64,000 nucleotides of DNA from an uncultured Gammaproteobacteria bacterium (GCA_963731035.1 CAVSUY010000028.1:139647-203646), one strand, 5' to 3'. Positions 1 to 9,594 are shown, counted from the stretch's first letter. Notes: generated by a model not told the origin, from the letters alone. Program-made: numbers and translations.

Positions 1-1297
1 CCGCCGTCGGCCGCCCGCCCCAGTAGCACATGCAAAACGGCTTCTTCAGCCACACGTTGCTCCAGTAGCCGTCGTCCGGCTCGCGCACCACGGTGACGTC
101 TATCCCCGCCTTGGCCGCCTGCTCCTTGTACAGCACCGCCGCGTCCACCGCCCCGGCAAACGCCGCGTCCGCCGCCGACAGGTTCACCTTGAGCGAGCTC
201 ATCCCTGCCTTCTTCAAGTACGACTTCGCCTCGTCCGGATCATAGGTCCGCTGCGGCATGTCCTTGTTGAAGAACCGCTGACTCGAGCTGATCGGGTCGT
301 CGTTCCCCACTTCCCCGAATCCCCGCAATATCTTCTCCACCAGTTCCTTGCGGTCCACCGCCAGCTTCAGCGCCATCCGCACGTTGACATCGTCAAACGG
401 CGCCGTGTCCACGAACATCGGCATCGTGTAATGCTGCGTTCCCGTCACCTGCGTCACTTCGAGCTTGTTGTTGCGCTTGAGCAGGTGCACCGTCTTCAGG
501 TCGCATCGGTCCATCGCATGGATCTGGCCGGTGTTCAACGCGTTGGTCCGCGCCGTCACGTCCTTGATTGCCAGCACCTCGGCCGAGTCAAAATGGCCCC
601 GTCCCTCCTTCCAGAAATTTCCGTTGCGCTCCAGTTGGGTGGTCACCCCGGGCTCGTAACTCTTAAGCTTCATCGCCCCGGCGCCGACCCCGGATGTGGC
701 ATCCACCTTGCCGTCCTTCGACGGCATGATGGGTAGATGATAGTCGGTCATTACGAAAGGAAAGTCGGCATTGCCGCCTTTCAGCGTGAATACCACCGTG
801 CCCTTGCCGTCCGCCTTGATGTCTTCGATCGGATCCACCACACCCTTGGCTGCTGACTTGGAGTCCTTGCCCCGGTGATGGTTGTACGAGGCAATCACGT
901 CGTCCGCCTCCAGCGCCTTTCCGTTGTGGAACTCCACTCCGGAACGCAGCTTGACCGTCCATACCTTTGCATCCGGGCTCGGATCCAGACTCTCCGCCAG
1001 CGCCCCGATCGCGCTGCCCTGGTTGTCCACTTCCATCAGGTAACTGTGCAGTCCGTGGCCCACGGTCTGCATATACGTGTCCAGATACGTCGCCGGGTCC
1101 AGCGAGTCGGTCGTCGACCCCGCGCCAATCCCCAGCTTGAAGTCACCCCCTTGCTTGGCCATCGCCGCTTGTGCCGGGTTGCTCATCATCCCCGGCACCG
1201 CCGCCGCCAGCCCCAGGGCCGAGGCGCGCGTCATGAATTCCCGTCGGCTGATCTTCCCCTGGGAAAGTAGATGTTCGAGACGTTTGAGTTGTGACAT
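1..1297 (-). CDS. ABC transporter substrate-binding protein, family 5 (peptide/nickel type), Tat-type signal. The 3' end runs off the window
   Basis: My own minus-strand translation from the ATG at 1297..1295, with AGGAGGAGG a few nt upstream. It reads MSQLKRLEHLLSQGKISRREFMTRASALGLAAAVPGMMSNPAQAAMAKQGGDFKLGIGAGSTTDSLDPATYLDTYMQTVGHG... The SRREFM twin-arginine motif is followed by sequence typical of SBP_bac_5 proteins. The frame stays open to position 1, so it is missing from the ORF track. Confidence 0.8.
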   Translation of the reverse strand, partial: MSQLKRLEHLLSQGKISRREFMTRASALGLAAAVPGMMSNPAQAAMAKQGGDFKLGIGAGSTTDSLDPATYLDTYMQTVGHGLHSYLMEVDNQGSAIGALAESLDPSPDAKVWTVKLRSGVEFHNGKALEADDVIASYNHHRGKDSKSAAKGVVDPIEDIKADGKGTVVFTLKGGNADFPFVMTDYHLPIMPSKDGKVDATSGVGAGAMKLKSYEPGVTTQLERNGNFWKEGRGHFDSAEVLAIKDVTARTNALNTGQIHAMDRCDLKTVHLLKRNNKLEVTQVTGTQHYTMPMFVDTAPFDDVNVRMALKLAVDRKELVEKILRGFGEVGNDDPISSSQRFFNKDMPQRTYDPDEAKSYLKKAGMSSLKVNLSAADAAFAGAVDAAVLYKEQAAKAGIDVTVVREPDDGYWSNVWLKKPFCMCYWGGRPTA

Positions 1298-1822
1298 GAG
1301 TGCCTCCTCCTGTCGCCAGGGGTGTGGTGATTATTGAAACGGGTGGCGTCTGTATACCCGCCCGGCGCCGAACAGCGCGGCGCGGTAGCTTCTCTTACAC
1401 ACTTATACAGAAAAATATACTCCGCTGAGTAGGGAAATTAAATGGTCAATTCTGTGACACGTGTCCACCGTGCGGGTCAATCGCCTACCCATGGTGCATA
1501 AGTGGCTCGAACGACGGTCCGTATCGGCGGTCGGCCACGGTTTGCCGACGGATTGGAAATCCGAAAGAGTTGGCGTAAAATCAACATCCATCGCGCGAGT
1601 GGCGCGACGGTTTCCATGTTCCGAGCGGCTTTGCCATCTTCCTGCAGTTCTCGCCTGGCGGGAAGCGCCGCCCGGCACGCGCGGGGGGCGTCCTACGTCG
1701 AGTCAACGGCGCATGCAGACTCCCGCTTGACGCTTTCTTTATAGTGAACGGATGTCCCGAACGAGGATTCCCCTCGCTACATCACATCCACCCCCCCTTC
1801 GAAGACTTAACGAGGTTGTTTC

Positions 1823-2407
1823 ATGGAGCACAAATTACCTGACTTACCCTACGCAAAAGATGCCTTGTCGCCGCATATCTCGGCCGAGACCATGGAATAT
1901 CATTACGGCAAGCATCATCAGGCTTACGTTACCAAGCTCAACAGCATGCTGCCCGGCACGGAGTACGAGGACCTCTCACTGGAGGACATCATTCGCAAGG
2001 CGCCGGCAGGAGGCCTGTTCAACCAGGCTGCGCAGGTCTGGAATCACACCTTCTACTGGAAAAGCATGACCCCCGACGGCGGCAAGGCGCCGGGCGGAGA
2101 CCTGGGTCAGGCTATCAATTCGGCCTTCGGGTCCTATGACGATTTCAAGAGCAAGTTCCAGGAGAAGGCGGTCGGCAACTTCGGCTCCGGCTGGACCTGG
2201 CTGGTGGCCGGCAAGGACGGCAAGCTGGATATCGTCAATACCGACGACGCGGGCAACCCGATGCAGCAGGATCTCAAGCCTATTCTCACCTGCGACGTGT
2301 GGGAGCACGCCTACTACATCGATTACCGGAACGCCCGGCCGAAGTACGTGGAGGCGTTCTTCAATATCGTCAACTGGGACTTCGCGGCCCGCAATCTCGG
2401 CGGCTGA
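1823..2407 (+). CDS. sodB: Fe-type superoxide dismutase
   Basis: 194 aa ORF with hallmark Fe/Mn-SOD sequence: LPDLPYAKDALSPHISAETMEYHYGKHHQAYV, AAQVWNHTFYW and DVWEHAYYIDYRNARPKYV. Confidence 0.97.
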   Translation: MEHKLPDLPYAKDALSPHISAETMEYHYGKHHQAYVTKLNSMLPGTEYEDLSLEDIIRKAPAGGLFNQAAQVWNHTFYWKSMTPDGGKAPGGDLGQAINSAFGSYDDFKSKFQEKAVGNFGSGWTWLVAGKDGKLDIVNTDDAGNPMQQDLKPILTCDVWEHAYYIDYRNARPKYVEAFFNIVNWDFAARNLGG

Positions 2408-2544
2408 AGGTACGCAGGCCTGTCGCGTATCCACGCCGGCTGCGTATCCCGCGCGGCCGGGAGGTCGGCGCGGACATAGACCGGGCTCGACTTCCCCGGG
2501 GAACGAAACCTCGATCTTTCACATTAGTCCCGCCCGTAACCGAA

Positions 2545-2730
2545 AGATCCCCTCTCCCCTCCGGGGGAGAGGACCAGGCTGAGGGGACGGAGCCAGCGCT
2601 AAGCAAACCCTTAAACCCGCCCTCTCCCTTCGAAAAGGGAGAGGGAGCGGCCGATATTGCGCGTGAGCTTGCAGCGCCACGGCGCTTGACGGAAGATCTT
2701 CCCTCTCCGTTGGGGCAGGGTGAAGGGGTT
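2545..2730. repeat. Cluster of three REP-like hairpins of the CCCTCTCCC...GGGAGAGGG type
   Basis: Hairpin 1 is CCTCTCCC(2551-2558)/GGGAGAGG(2565-2572). Hairpin 2 is CCCTCTCCCTT(2620-2630)/AAGGGAGAGGG(2635-2645). A third, imperfect copy lies around 2696-2728. Related copies occur at 58466-58535. Confidence 0.7.
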
Positions 2731-2747
2731 TCCAAACCAACTCTAAT

Positions 2748-4016
2748 ATGAAATCGCCGACCGGGTTGACCCGAAACGTTCTTCTTCTGAGCCTGTGCCA
2801 GGCGCTGATGTACAGCGGTCTGTCGCTGGTGGTGGCCACGTCGGCGCTGGTGGGCTTTGCCCTGGCACCGGACAAGTCCTACTCCACCTTGCCTTTTGCC
2901 AGCCAGCTCCTGGCCACCATGCTGACCAGCATCCCGGCGGGGGCACTGATGGCGCGCATCGGCCGCAAGGCCGCGTTCCAATTCGCGATAGTGTTCGGCC
3001 TGTCGGCGGGCGTCCTGTGCACCGTTGCGATCCTCAACGGCTCCTTCATCATGTTTCTGATCGGGAGCGTCTGCATCGGGATCTTCTCGGGTTTCGGCAA
3101 CTATTATCGGTTTGCGGCAGCGGACAGTGTGGCCCCCGGTCACCGGAGCCGCGCCATCGGGTACGTCCTGGCCGGAGGGGTGGTCGCCGCTTTCGTAGGT
3201 CCAAACCTCGCCAACATCACCCGCGATGTCATCGGCCGGGCCCCGTTCGCCGGCAGTTACGCGTCACTGATAGCCCTGTACGTTTTGTCGTTCACTCTGT
3301 TGTTATTCCTCAGGCTTCCGTCATCCCGGGTCAGCGACGCGGGTATCGGCGAGGGTGGGTCCGGGCGCACGCTGCGGGTACTCGCCGGGCAGTCGAAATT
3401 CCTTGTCGCCGTGGTGTGCGGTGCGCTCGGCTATGCGCTCATGACCTTCATCATGACGTCCACGCCCCTTGCCATGCAGCACCAGGGCTACGCCTTCTCG
3501 GACTCGTCGTTTGTCATTCAGTGGCACGTGTTGGGCATGTTCGCGCCGTCCTTCTTCACCGGTCATTTGATCAGCCGCTTCGGCTTGTTGAAGATCATGA
3601 CCACCGGCGCACTGGCCATCCTGGCCTGCGTGTCCATCAACCTGTCCGGCCACTCGGTGACGCATTTCTGGGTGGCCTTGACCCTGCTGGGCGTGGGCTG
3701 GAATTTCCTGTTCATCGGGGCCACGACCCTGTTGACCGAAACCTACAGGCCGGAGGAAAGGTTCAAGACCCAGGCCCTCAACGATTTCACGGTGTTTTCG
3801 ACGGTGACCATGGCCTCGTTGTCTTCCGGGGCCATACAGAATCAATTCGGCTGGGAGGCGGTGAATCTCGGCGCCATTCCCGCGATCAGCGTGGTGCTGG
3901 CCGCCCTCGTTTGGCTGGCATGGCGGGGGCGGATCGCGCAGCCGCCCCTGGACGAGTCGATTCCGGACGACGCCCTGACCGCGGAAGTCGCACCCATTCC
4001 CGAAGGCGAGTCCTGA
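2748..4016 (+). CDS. MFS transporter
   Basis: 422 aa, very hydrophobic, with about 12 predicted helices. MFS-like loop motif GALMARIGRKAAF after TM2. Confidence 0.85.
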   Translation: MKSPTGLTRNVLLLSLCQALMYSGLSLVVATSALVGFALAPDKSYSTLPFASQLLATMLTSIPAGALMARIGRKAAFQFAIVFGLSAGVLCTVAILNGSFIMFLIGSVCIGIFSGFGNYYRFAAADSVAPGHRSRAIGYVLAGGVVAAFVGPNLANITRDVIGRAPFAGSYASLIALYVLSFTLLLFLRLPSSRVSDAGIGEGGSGRTLRVLAGQSKFLVAVVCGALGYALMTFIMTSTPLAMQHQGYAFSDSSFVIQWHVLGMFAPSFFTGHLISRFGLLKIMTTGALAILACVSINLSGHSVTHFWVALTLLGVGWNFLFIGATTLLTETYRPEERFKTQALNDFTVFSTVTMASLSSGAIQNQFGWEAVNLGAIPAISVVLAALVWLAWRGRIAQPPLDESIPDDALTAEVAPIPEGES

Positions 4017-4033
4017 GGTAAAGCCACGGATTC

Positions 4034-4055
4034 CAGGAGCGGCTTCGGCCGCGAT
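4034..4055. repeat. REP-like element, family AGGAGCGGCTTCRGCCGCGAT
   Basis: The sequence CAGGAGCGGCTTCGGCCGCGAT contains a GCGGC-TTCG-GCCGC hairpin. Near-identical copies occur at 46085-46108 and, inverted, at 50428-50451. Confidence 0.65.
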
Positions 4056-4148
4056 TAACCAGTCGAGCCGCAGCTCCAAAGCTCCATAATCGCCGCTGAC
4101 GCCGCGCCTATAATCAAACCGGCCATGACGGGGGCCGAACGCTCCTGT

Positions 4149-5399
4149 TCAGGATCCCTTGCCGCCGGAGGCCGGGCACTGCGCCGGGTTGCTCGCTCGC
4201 AACGGCTCGCTGAACCAGAACAGCAGTCCGATCGCGCCGAACCCCGTGCCGGTCACCGCCACGCCGGTCCAGCCGAAATACGAGAAAGCCGCGGCCGCGG
4301 TGGCGGAGCCGATGGCGCCGCCGAGGAAGAAGCAGGTCATGTACGCGGTCGTCAGCCGGCTTCGTGCTTCAGGGTGAAGTTGGTAGATGGCGCTCTGGTT
4401 GAGGATCTGCGTGCCCTGTACCCCGAGGTCCAGCATCACGATCCCGGCCACGACGGCGGCGACGTGGTAGGGCCACAACCCCATCACCACGAATCCCGAC
4501 ACGGTCAGGGCGAGGAAGCTGCCGGTCGCGACGCGCGAATGCCCGCGGTCGTGGAGGTGGCCGGCGAAGGAGGCGCACAAGGCGCCCGCTACCCCGAACA
4601 GCCCGAACATGCCGATCAGCGAATCGCTGTATCCGTATGGCGGCGGCGCCAGCAGAAACGGCAGGCTGGTCCACAGTACGCTGAAGGCGGCAAATACCGA
4701 CATCCCGTAGACGATTCGGCGGCGCAGCAGTGCCTCGTCGCGGATCAGGTGCAGCACCGATTGCAGCAGGGCGCCGTAGGAAAGACGCGACTGGCCGTGC
4801 CCGGGCGGCAGGGTCCGGGACAACACCAGTGCCAGCACCAGCATCGTGACGGCTGCGATCCAGAACACGGTGCGCCATCCGGCCAGGTCGGAAATCACGC
4901 CGGATGCCACGCGCGCGAGCAGGATGCCGAGGAGCAGGCCACTCATCACCCGCCCAACCACGCGACCGCGGTGCTCGTCGCTGGCCAGGTGGGCGGCGAA
5001 CGGCACCAGCACCTGGGCCACCACCGCCGTCACCCCTATCGCCAGCGACGCCATCGCAAAGGCGCCCAGGCCGGGCGACAGCGCCGCCGCCGCCAAGGCG
5101 CCGGCCGCGGCGATCAGCACCCGCGTGATGAGACGCCGCCGGTCGAGCAGGTCACCCAGCGGCACCAGAAGAACGAGCCCCATCGCGTAGCCCATCTGGG
5201 TCATGGTGACGATCAGCCCCGCGGCGCCGCTGGAAACTCCGAAGGCTCGCGCCAGCGTATCCAGCAGGGGCTGGGCGTAGTAAAGATTGGCCACGGCGAG
5301 CCCGCAGGCCGTTGCCATGATGAAAACCAGGGGAGAATTGGGCCGCAGTGGCGTAGATGAGGATTCAGCCCGCCCCGGCGGGTTGGAATCTGTGCTCAT
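4149..5399 (-). CDS. MFS transporter
   Basis: 416 aa hydrophobic ORF with 12-TM-like periodicity and the loop motif GDLLDRRRLI. Confidence 0.85.
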   Translation of the reverse strand: MSTDSNPPGRAESSSTPLRPNSPLVFIMATACGLAVANLYYAQPLLDTLARAFGVSSGAAGLIVTMTQMGYAMGLVLLVPLGDLLDRRRLITRVLIAAAGALAAAALSPGLGAFAMASLAIGVTAVVAQVLVPFAAHLASDEHRGRVVGRVMSGLLLGILLARVASGVISDLAGWRTVFWIAAVTMLVLALVLSRTLPPGHGQSRLSYGALLQSVLHLIRDEALLRRRIVYGMSVFAAFSVLWTSLPFLLAPPPYGYSDSLIGMFGLFGVAGALCASFAGHLHDRGHSRVATGSFLALTVSGFVVMGLWPYHVAAVVAGIVMLDLGVQGTQILNQSAIYQLHPEARSRLTTAYMTCFFLGGAIGSATAAAAFSYFGWTGVAVTGTGFGAIGLLFWFSEPLRASNPAQCPASGGKGS

Positions 5400-5672
5400 G
5401 AGGGTTCCTTATGAAGGATGCGCGGGACCGCGCCGACCCGCGAGTCGGCGCGTGTATCGGAATGTGGATACTGAAGATATCCCGTCGGAGGTTCAAGCGA
5501 TGCTACCGCTGCCAAGGCGCCGGCCGCGGCAAACCGGTGGCGCGCGGTACACAATTGCGGTGCATTGTTCCCAACGCGCGCCGAAGCTCGCGTCCCGCCC
5601 CCGACACTCGAGATGTCATCCGGAACCGTCCCTGGGCAGCGTATAGTGATCCCAAACGCCGGGAGACATTCC

Positions 5673-6785
5673 ATGTCAGCGCAACCGACCCTGCCCGACC
5701 TCGAGGTGCGCGCGGTGCGCGCCACGACCGTCGAGGTTCCACTGAATTTCGTGCTCGGCACCAGCCAGGGCGCACTGCGCCGGGTGCCGCTGCTGCTGGT
5801 GGATGTAGAAACCGAACAGGGTGTCACCGGCCGCACCTACCTGTTCTGCTATCTGCGCGCTGCGGCGCCGGCGGTCGTCAGCATTCTCGGCGAGGTGGAG
5901 GCACTGACCCGGGGTGATGCGATTGTTCCGGAAGCTCTTGCCGCGAAGCTCGTGCGCCGTTTCACCCTGATCGGCGTGCAGGGCATCGTGCGCATGGCGC
6001 TCGCCGGCTTCGACAGCGCCTGCTGGGATGCGCTCGCGGTAGCCGCCGGGCTGCCGCTGGTGCGGCTGCTCGGCGTCGAACCGCGTCCGGTTCCCGCCTA
6101 CAACAGCTGCGGGCTCGGCCTGATGGACGATACCGGTGCGCTCGCGGACGAAGCAGAAAAGCTGCTCGCCATGGGCGCCTTTCGCGCGGTCAAGCTTCGT
6201 CTCGGCTATCCGACACTCGAGCAGGACATCGCCGCCGTGCACGCCGTGCGCAAGCGCATCGGCGACGACGTGGCATTAATGGTCGACTACAACCAGGCGC
6301 TCACGCTCGATGACGCGCTGGCGCGCGGGCGGGCGATCGACGAGGAAAATATGTTCTGGCTGGAGGAGCCAATCCGTCATGACGACTACGCCGGCGCCGC
6401 ACGGCTGGCTCGGGAGCTCAAGACGCCGATCCAGATCGGTGAGAATTTCTCGCTGCCGGGCGCCATGGCGACGGCGCTCGATGCCGGCGCCGCCGACTAC
6501 GTGATGCCCGATCTCGAACGCATCGGCGGCGTCAGCGGCTGGAGGGCGGCAGCCGAGCTTGCGGCCGAACGCAAGGTGCCGATGTCGTCGCACTTGTTTC
6601 CCGAGACGAGTGTACATCTCTTGGCCGCCACCCCGACCTGTCAGTACCTCGAGTACGTCGACTGGGCCGACGCCATCCTAAAGGAGCCGCTGGCGATCAG
6701 CGACGGTCAGGCCTCGATCCCGGATCGGCCCGGTAACGGCATGGCCTGGAATGAAGAGGCCGTGGCGCGTTACCGCGTCGACTGA
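5673..6785 (+). CDS. Enolase-superfamily enzyme (mandelate racemase / muconate lactonizing enzyme family)
   Basis: The ORF at 5565..6785 contains family-typical segments: LLVDVETEQGVTGRTY, ALAGFDSACWDA, VKLRLG, MVDYNQA, WLEEPI and PDLERIGGVSG. I place the start at the ATG at 5673, which is preceded by GGGAGA. Confidence 0.85.
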   Translation: MSAQPTLPDLEVRAVRATTVEVPLNFVLGTSQGALRRVPLLLVDVETEQGVTGRTYLFCYLRAAAPAVVSILGEVEALTRGDAIVPEALAAKLVRRFTLIGVQGIVRMALAGFDSACWDALAVAAGLPLVRLLGVEPRPVPAYNSCGLGLMDDTGALADEAEKLLAMGAFRAVKLRLGYPTLEQDIAAVHAVRKRIGDDVALMVDYNQALTLDDALARGRAIDEENMFWLEEPIRHDDYAGAARLARELKTPIQIGENFSLPGAMATALDAGAADYVMPDLERIGGVSGWRAAAELAAERKVPMSSHLFPETSVHLLAATPTCQYLEYVDWADAILKEPLAISDGQASIPDRPGNGMAWNEEAVARYRVD

Positions 6786-8188
6786 GGGCGTCGACCCGCA
6801 TTTTCCGCTTCGTTGATCCTCTTCAGGTCCCGTCCCAGCGACTTCGACAAGGGGATTTCCCCACGCTGCGCGAAGCGCTCGTGGTTGGCGATGAGGTCGT
6901 CGGTGTCGTACAGGTAGTTTGCCATCACGCCGAAGGCGATCTCGCGCCCATGATCCGATTCGTCGGCGAAGGTGTTGATGCGCTCCAGGCGCGCGCCGTT
7001 GGTGAGATGAAAACGCGCCACCGGGTCCAGGATGGCGCTGGTGTCTTCGGTGCGCGCCGTCAGGTAGGCGAGGGCCAGTCGCCGCAGCACCGGGCCGAGC
7101 AGGGCCGGGCCGGTGCCGGTCTGCTGCTCGAGCAGCTGCAGCGCCGCGTCGTCGATATCTTCGGCGTCCGGATACATCTCGCCGAGCGGGCCTGCGAATC
7201 CTTCCAGCGCACGATGAAATCGCTGCCGCAATGCCTCCGGACTGTTGCCGGCCAGGGCATCGCGTACCGTGCGCGCGAATCTCGGCAGCGGTGACAGGGT
7301 GGCAAAGACTTCTATATGGGGGAGGTCCTCCTGCAGGGCCTCCACCACGCGCTTGATCAGGAAGTCGCCGAAAGACACGCCCCGCAGACCCGTCTGGGTG
7401 TTGTTGATGGAATAGAAGATCGCGGTGTTCGCGGCCCGCGGGTCGCCGACGGGCGCCTCCGGGTCCAGCAGCGGTTGCACCCGCTCGGCGACGCCTTCCA
7501 CCAGTGCCACCTCCACGAAGATCAGCGGCTCCCCCTCCAGCGCCGGGTGGAAGAAGGCGAAGCAGCGCCGGTCGGAGGCGAGCCGGCGGCGCAGGTCGTC
7601 CCAGCCACGGATCTGGTGCACCGTCTCGTACTCGATGAGCTTCTCGAGAGTGCGCGCCGGGCTGTCCCAGTCGATGCGCTCAAGCTGCAGAAATCCGGGG
7701 TTGAACCAGGACGCGAGCAGGTGGCGCAGATCGAAGTCCACCGTCGTGAGCTCCGGGTGCGCGCGCATCATCTGGAGCAGGTCGGAACGCATCCGCACCA
7801 GCGCCGCCGTTCCGTGCGGCGAAGCATTGAGGCGCCGGAACAGCTCCTGGCGGCGAGGCTCGGCGAGCTGCATGAGATGCTGCATTCGATCCGGTGTCTG
7901 GTCCTGCAGGCAGGCCCGGGCCGTCTCCTCGATGGTGGCCACGTCCACCCCGAAATCGGTTCGCAGACCCTCGAAGAAGACCAGCCGCTGCGAGTCGTCC
8001 ATGCCGGCGTAGGCGGTCAGGATGTCCTTGGCCAGCGCCAGGCCCGAAGCGACGCCGCGGCGCTCGATCAGGATATCGCACCGCTCCAGAGTGTGCAGCG
8101 CGTCGTCGCCTTCGCCGGAGCGCGCGAGGAACTCGCGCCCGCGCTCGGCAATGGAATCCAACAGGGGCCTAAACCAGACAGTCTTCAC
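6770..8188 (-). CDS. Malonyl-CoA decarboxylase
   Basis: 472 aa, with MCD-family sequence throughout, for example FFHPALEGEPLIFVEVAL, VARFHLTNGARLERINTFAD and VMANYLYD. Confidence 0.85.
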   Translation of the reverse strand: MKTVWFRPLLDSIAERGREFLARSGEGDDALHTLERCDILIERRGVASGLALAKDILTAYAGMDDSQRLVFFEGLRTDFGVDVATIEETARACLQDQTPDRMQHLMQLAEPRRQELFRRLNASPHGTAALVRMRSDLLQMMRAHPELTTVDFDLRHLLASWFNPGFLQLERIDWDSPARTLEKLIEYETVHQIRGWDDLRRRLASDRRCFAFFHPALEGEPLIFVEVALVEGVAERVQPLLDPEAPVGDPRAANTAIFYSINNTQTGLRGVSFGDFLIKRVVEALQEDLPHIEVFATLSPLPRFARTVRDALAGNSPEALRQRFHRALEGFAGPLGEMYPDAEDIDDAALQLLEQQTGTGPALLGPVLRRLALAYLTARTEDTSAILDPVARFHLTNGARLERINTFADESDHGREIAFGVMANYLYDTDDLIANHERFAQRGEIPLSKSLGRDLKRINEAENAGRRPQSTR

Positions 8189-8230
8189 TTCTCAATCTCC
8201 GGGCGCTTGGGTGCGGTACGACGTGTCAAA

Positions 8231-8458
8231 TCAATCTTCCATCATACCGCGCACCCGCAGGGCGCCGGAATTACACCGGCGGTTCAGGTCTGCACGACGA
8301 GTCACGGCTGCGGAACGTCCGTCGCACAGCGCCCAGACAATATCGTCGGCCCGCGGGCACTCGATCACGTTCCCGGCGACGGACAGCGTCAGCCGATCGC
8401 CTTCCAGCTTCTGTTTGATACCCTCGAGGCGGCGCGGGACCGATTGAAGATTGCTCAC
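8231..8458 (-). CDS. Hypothetical small protein (75 aa, GTG start)
   Basis: Identified only as an ORF. The segment DDIVWALCDGRS weakly resembles the PqqD/RRE motif, but the rest of the protein does not fit. Confidence 0.3.
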   Translation of the reverse strand: MSNLQSVPRRLEGIKQKLEGDRLTLSVAGNVIECPRADDIVWALCDGRSAAVTRRADLNRRCNSGALRVRGMMED

Positions 8459-8540
8459 TACTCTTGCTTGGCTTCCGGTCTCTTCGGGAAAAGCATATCA
8501 TCCGCGCGCAACAAATCCTTTTGACGCTCCTTGACGAGGA
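8458..8540. repeat. Left copy of the direct repeat bracketing the TPS locus
   Basis: My ungapped manual alignment of 8458-8533 against 33046-33121 gives 59 identical positions out of 76. A 26-nt run, CATATCATCCGCGCGCAACAAATCCT (8494-8519), is identical to 33168-33193. Confidence 0.8.
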
Positions 8541-8661
8541 GTGGGACTTCGGGTGCAGTTACTGCAGGGCTCTTCATCAACGAAACGCCCCGTCCCCGGA
8601 GTTGATGGCGCTCCGTGACTGGCTGTTACGGGAGGCCTCACTAGCCGTCATTGTGTACTAG
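8536..8661 (+). pseudogene. Possible 3' remnant of a LysR/GcvA-type regulator
   Basis: The plus-frame translation ...DEEWDFGCSYCRALHQRNAPSPELMALRDWLLREASLAVIVY* ends like LTTR C-termini, which typically carry a (A/V)FRDWLL(E/A)EA-type tail. No N-terminal HTH part is present. Confidence 0.3.
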
Positions 8662-8772
8662 GCAGTGCCGCTGACTAGTGCGTTGTAGTCATCCTTGTGC
8701 CAGTCGTAGTAGCGGCCCTCGTTGCAGACGCACAAACTGTGCACCCTGAGATCCAGCGCACGCGAGGGATGC

Positions 8773-9330
8773 TCAGGTCGATTCCTCGAGGGCCTTGAAA
8801 CCGGCCTTGAAGCCGTCCAGTGACAGCGTGAAATTGATGGTTTTGCCGGCGCTTTGACTCACCGAGACAGTCGCTGTCTTCCCGTTCTTGAGCCGTCCGA
8901 GCAATGCGTCCTTTATTGACAGGACCGCGATGCACCCCTGTTTCAGGCATCTGTTTATTTGCAAGCTTACACTTTTGGATCCATCGACCTGGAGCGAGGC
9001 GCCGTCCGGGAGGTAGATGCCGAGCGGGAGCATGAATATCAACATCGGGGACTTCTTGGCGTCCTTGGGGAGGGCGACGCTCGCCTGTAGTACGAGCTGG
9101 TTCGTGTCCTTTTTCAGCAGGCGCTCAAACAACAGACACGAGGACGTACCGCCGGAATCGGAATTGTCGCAACGAAGCACCCAGTCGTGATATTCGTCGA
9201 TCTCCACATTGGGACCCTCGTCATTTTGACTCTGCTGTTGCACCGATGTGTCTTGCTTCTGCTGCGCTGATGCGTTGAAGCTCGCGAGTGTGGCGAGGAT
9301 CATCAGTGTAATCACCGTTTTGAAATTCAT
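8773..9330 (-). CDS. Secreted IalB-like (invasion-associated locus B family) protein
   Basis: 185 aa with the signal peptide MNFKTVITLMILATLASFNASAQQ. IalB-like features include WVLRC...SCLL, LPLGIYLPDG, CLKQGCIA and FTLSLDGFKAGFKAL. It is visibly more AT-rich than its neighbours. Confidence 0.6.
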   Translation of the reverse strand: MNFKTVITLMILATLASFNASAQQKQDTSVQQQSQNDEGPNVEIDEYHDWVLRCDNSDSGGTSSCLLFERLLKKDTNQLVLQASVALPKDAKKSPMLIFMLPLGIYLPDGASLQVDGSKSVSLQINRCLKQGCIAVLSIKDALLGRLKNGKTATVSVSQSAGKTINFTLSLDGFKAGFKALEEST

Positions 9331-9594
9331 ATGAGCTCTCGTCGTGGTCGAAAGTGTGCCGGTGGATTGTGGGTTCGGGTGGATGATACCTGCCCGGTGC
9401 GCCTGCGATGTTTGGCTCGAAAGATCGACGCCATGTAATCTGTATCAAACCTCCGCGGATTCTACTATAGACGCAAGGACTCTCCGATTTGCATTTAGCG
9501 CGAGTTAGATTAAAATACAAACTTGGTATGCGCCGAAGAAGCGCATCGCGAGAGCGCGCCGGAGTAGTAGCTAAGTGGGGCTGTTTGTTGGGGG

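Noticed and set aside
1298-1822. Possible riboswitch or sRNA in the 525-bp divergent intergenic region upstream of sodB.
   Set aside because: I saw only short local hairpins and could not match any known riboswitch core or find a convincing promoter/terminator pair by eye. An Infernal scan would be needed.
2370-3143. The 257-aa minus-strand ORF and several plus-strand ORFs crossing 2500-2750.
   Set aside because: They run through the REP hairpin cluster (giving PSPxGEG-type translations) and antisense to the MFS gene. They are repeat-generated pseudo-ORFs.
8231-8458. The 75-aa ORF as a PqqD/RRE-type peptide-binding protein paired with the upstream small ORF.
   Set aside because: Only one short stretch (DDIVWALCDGRS) resembles the PqqD motif. 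The remaining C-terminal sequence is Arg-rich and does not fit. No radical-SAM, cyclodehydratase or other RiPP tailoring gene is nearby.
8458-8577. Small ORFs carried by the flanking repeats, considered as a conserved peptide family or RiPP-like precursors. They are MKSPAVTAPEVPLLVKERQKDLLRADDMLFPKRPEAKQE at 8577..8458, MTLRERNVFKEIERSQKTEKDSSRADGMLVSKKSEAKQD at 33165..33046, and MPPERDAFREERLLRKSKQDLLRADDMR at 33248..33162.
   Set aside because: I compared the last 20 codons of the two 39-codon copies codon by codon. Eight differences are non-synonymous and one is synonymous. That is not the pattern of a peptide under purifying selection. Shine-Dalgarno sequences are weak, and the opposite strand shows an equally poor pattern. 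The similarity is better explained as a repeated non-coding DNA element. Ribosome profiling could reopen the question.
8662-8772. A short minus-strand reading frame ...VHSLCVCNEGRYYDWHKDDYNALVSGTA* between the IalB-like gene and the LysR-like stump.
   Set aside because: It looks protein-like but is only about 24 codons from a possible GTG, has no ribosome-binding site, and overlaps the IalB gene end if extended. There is not enough evidence to call it.
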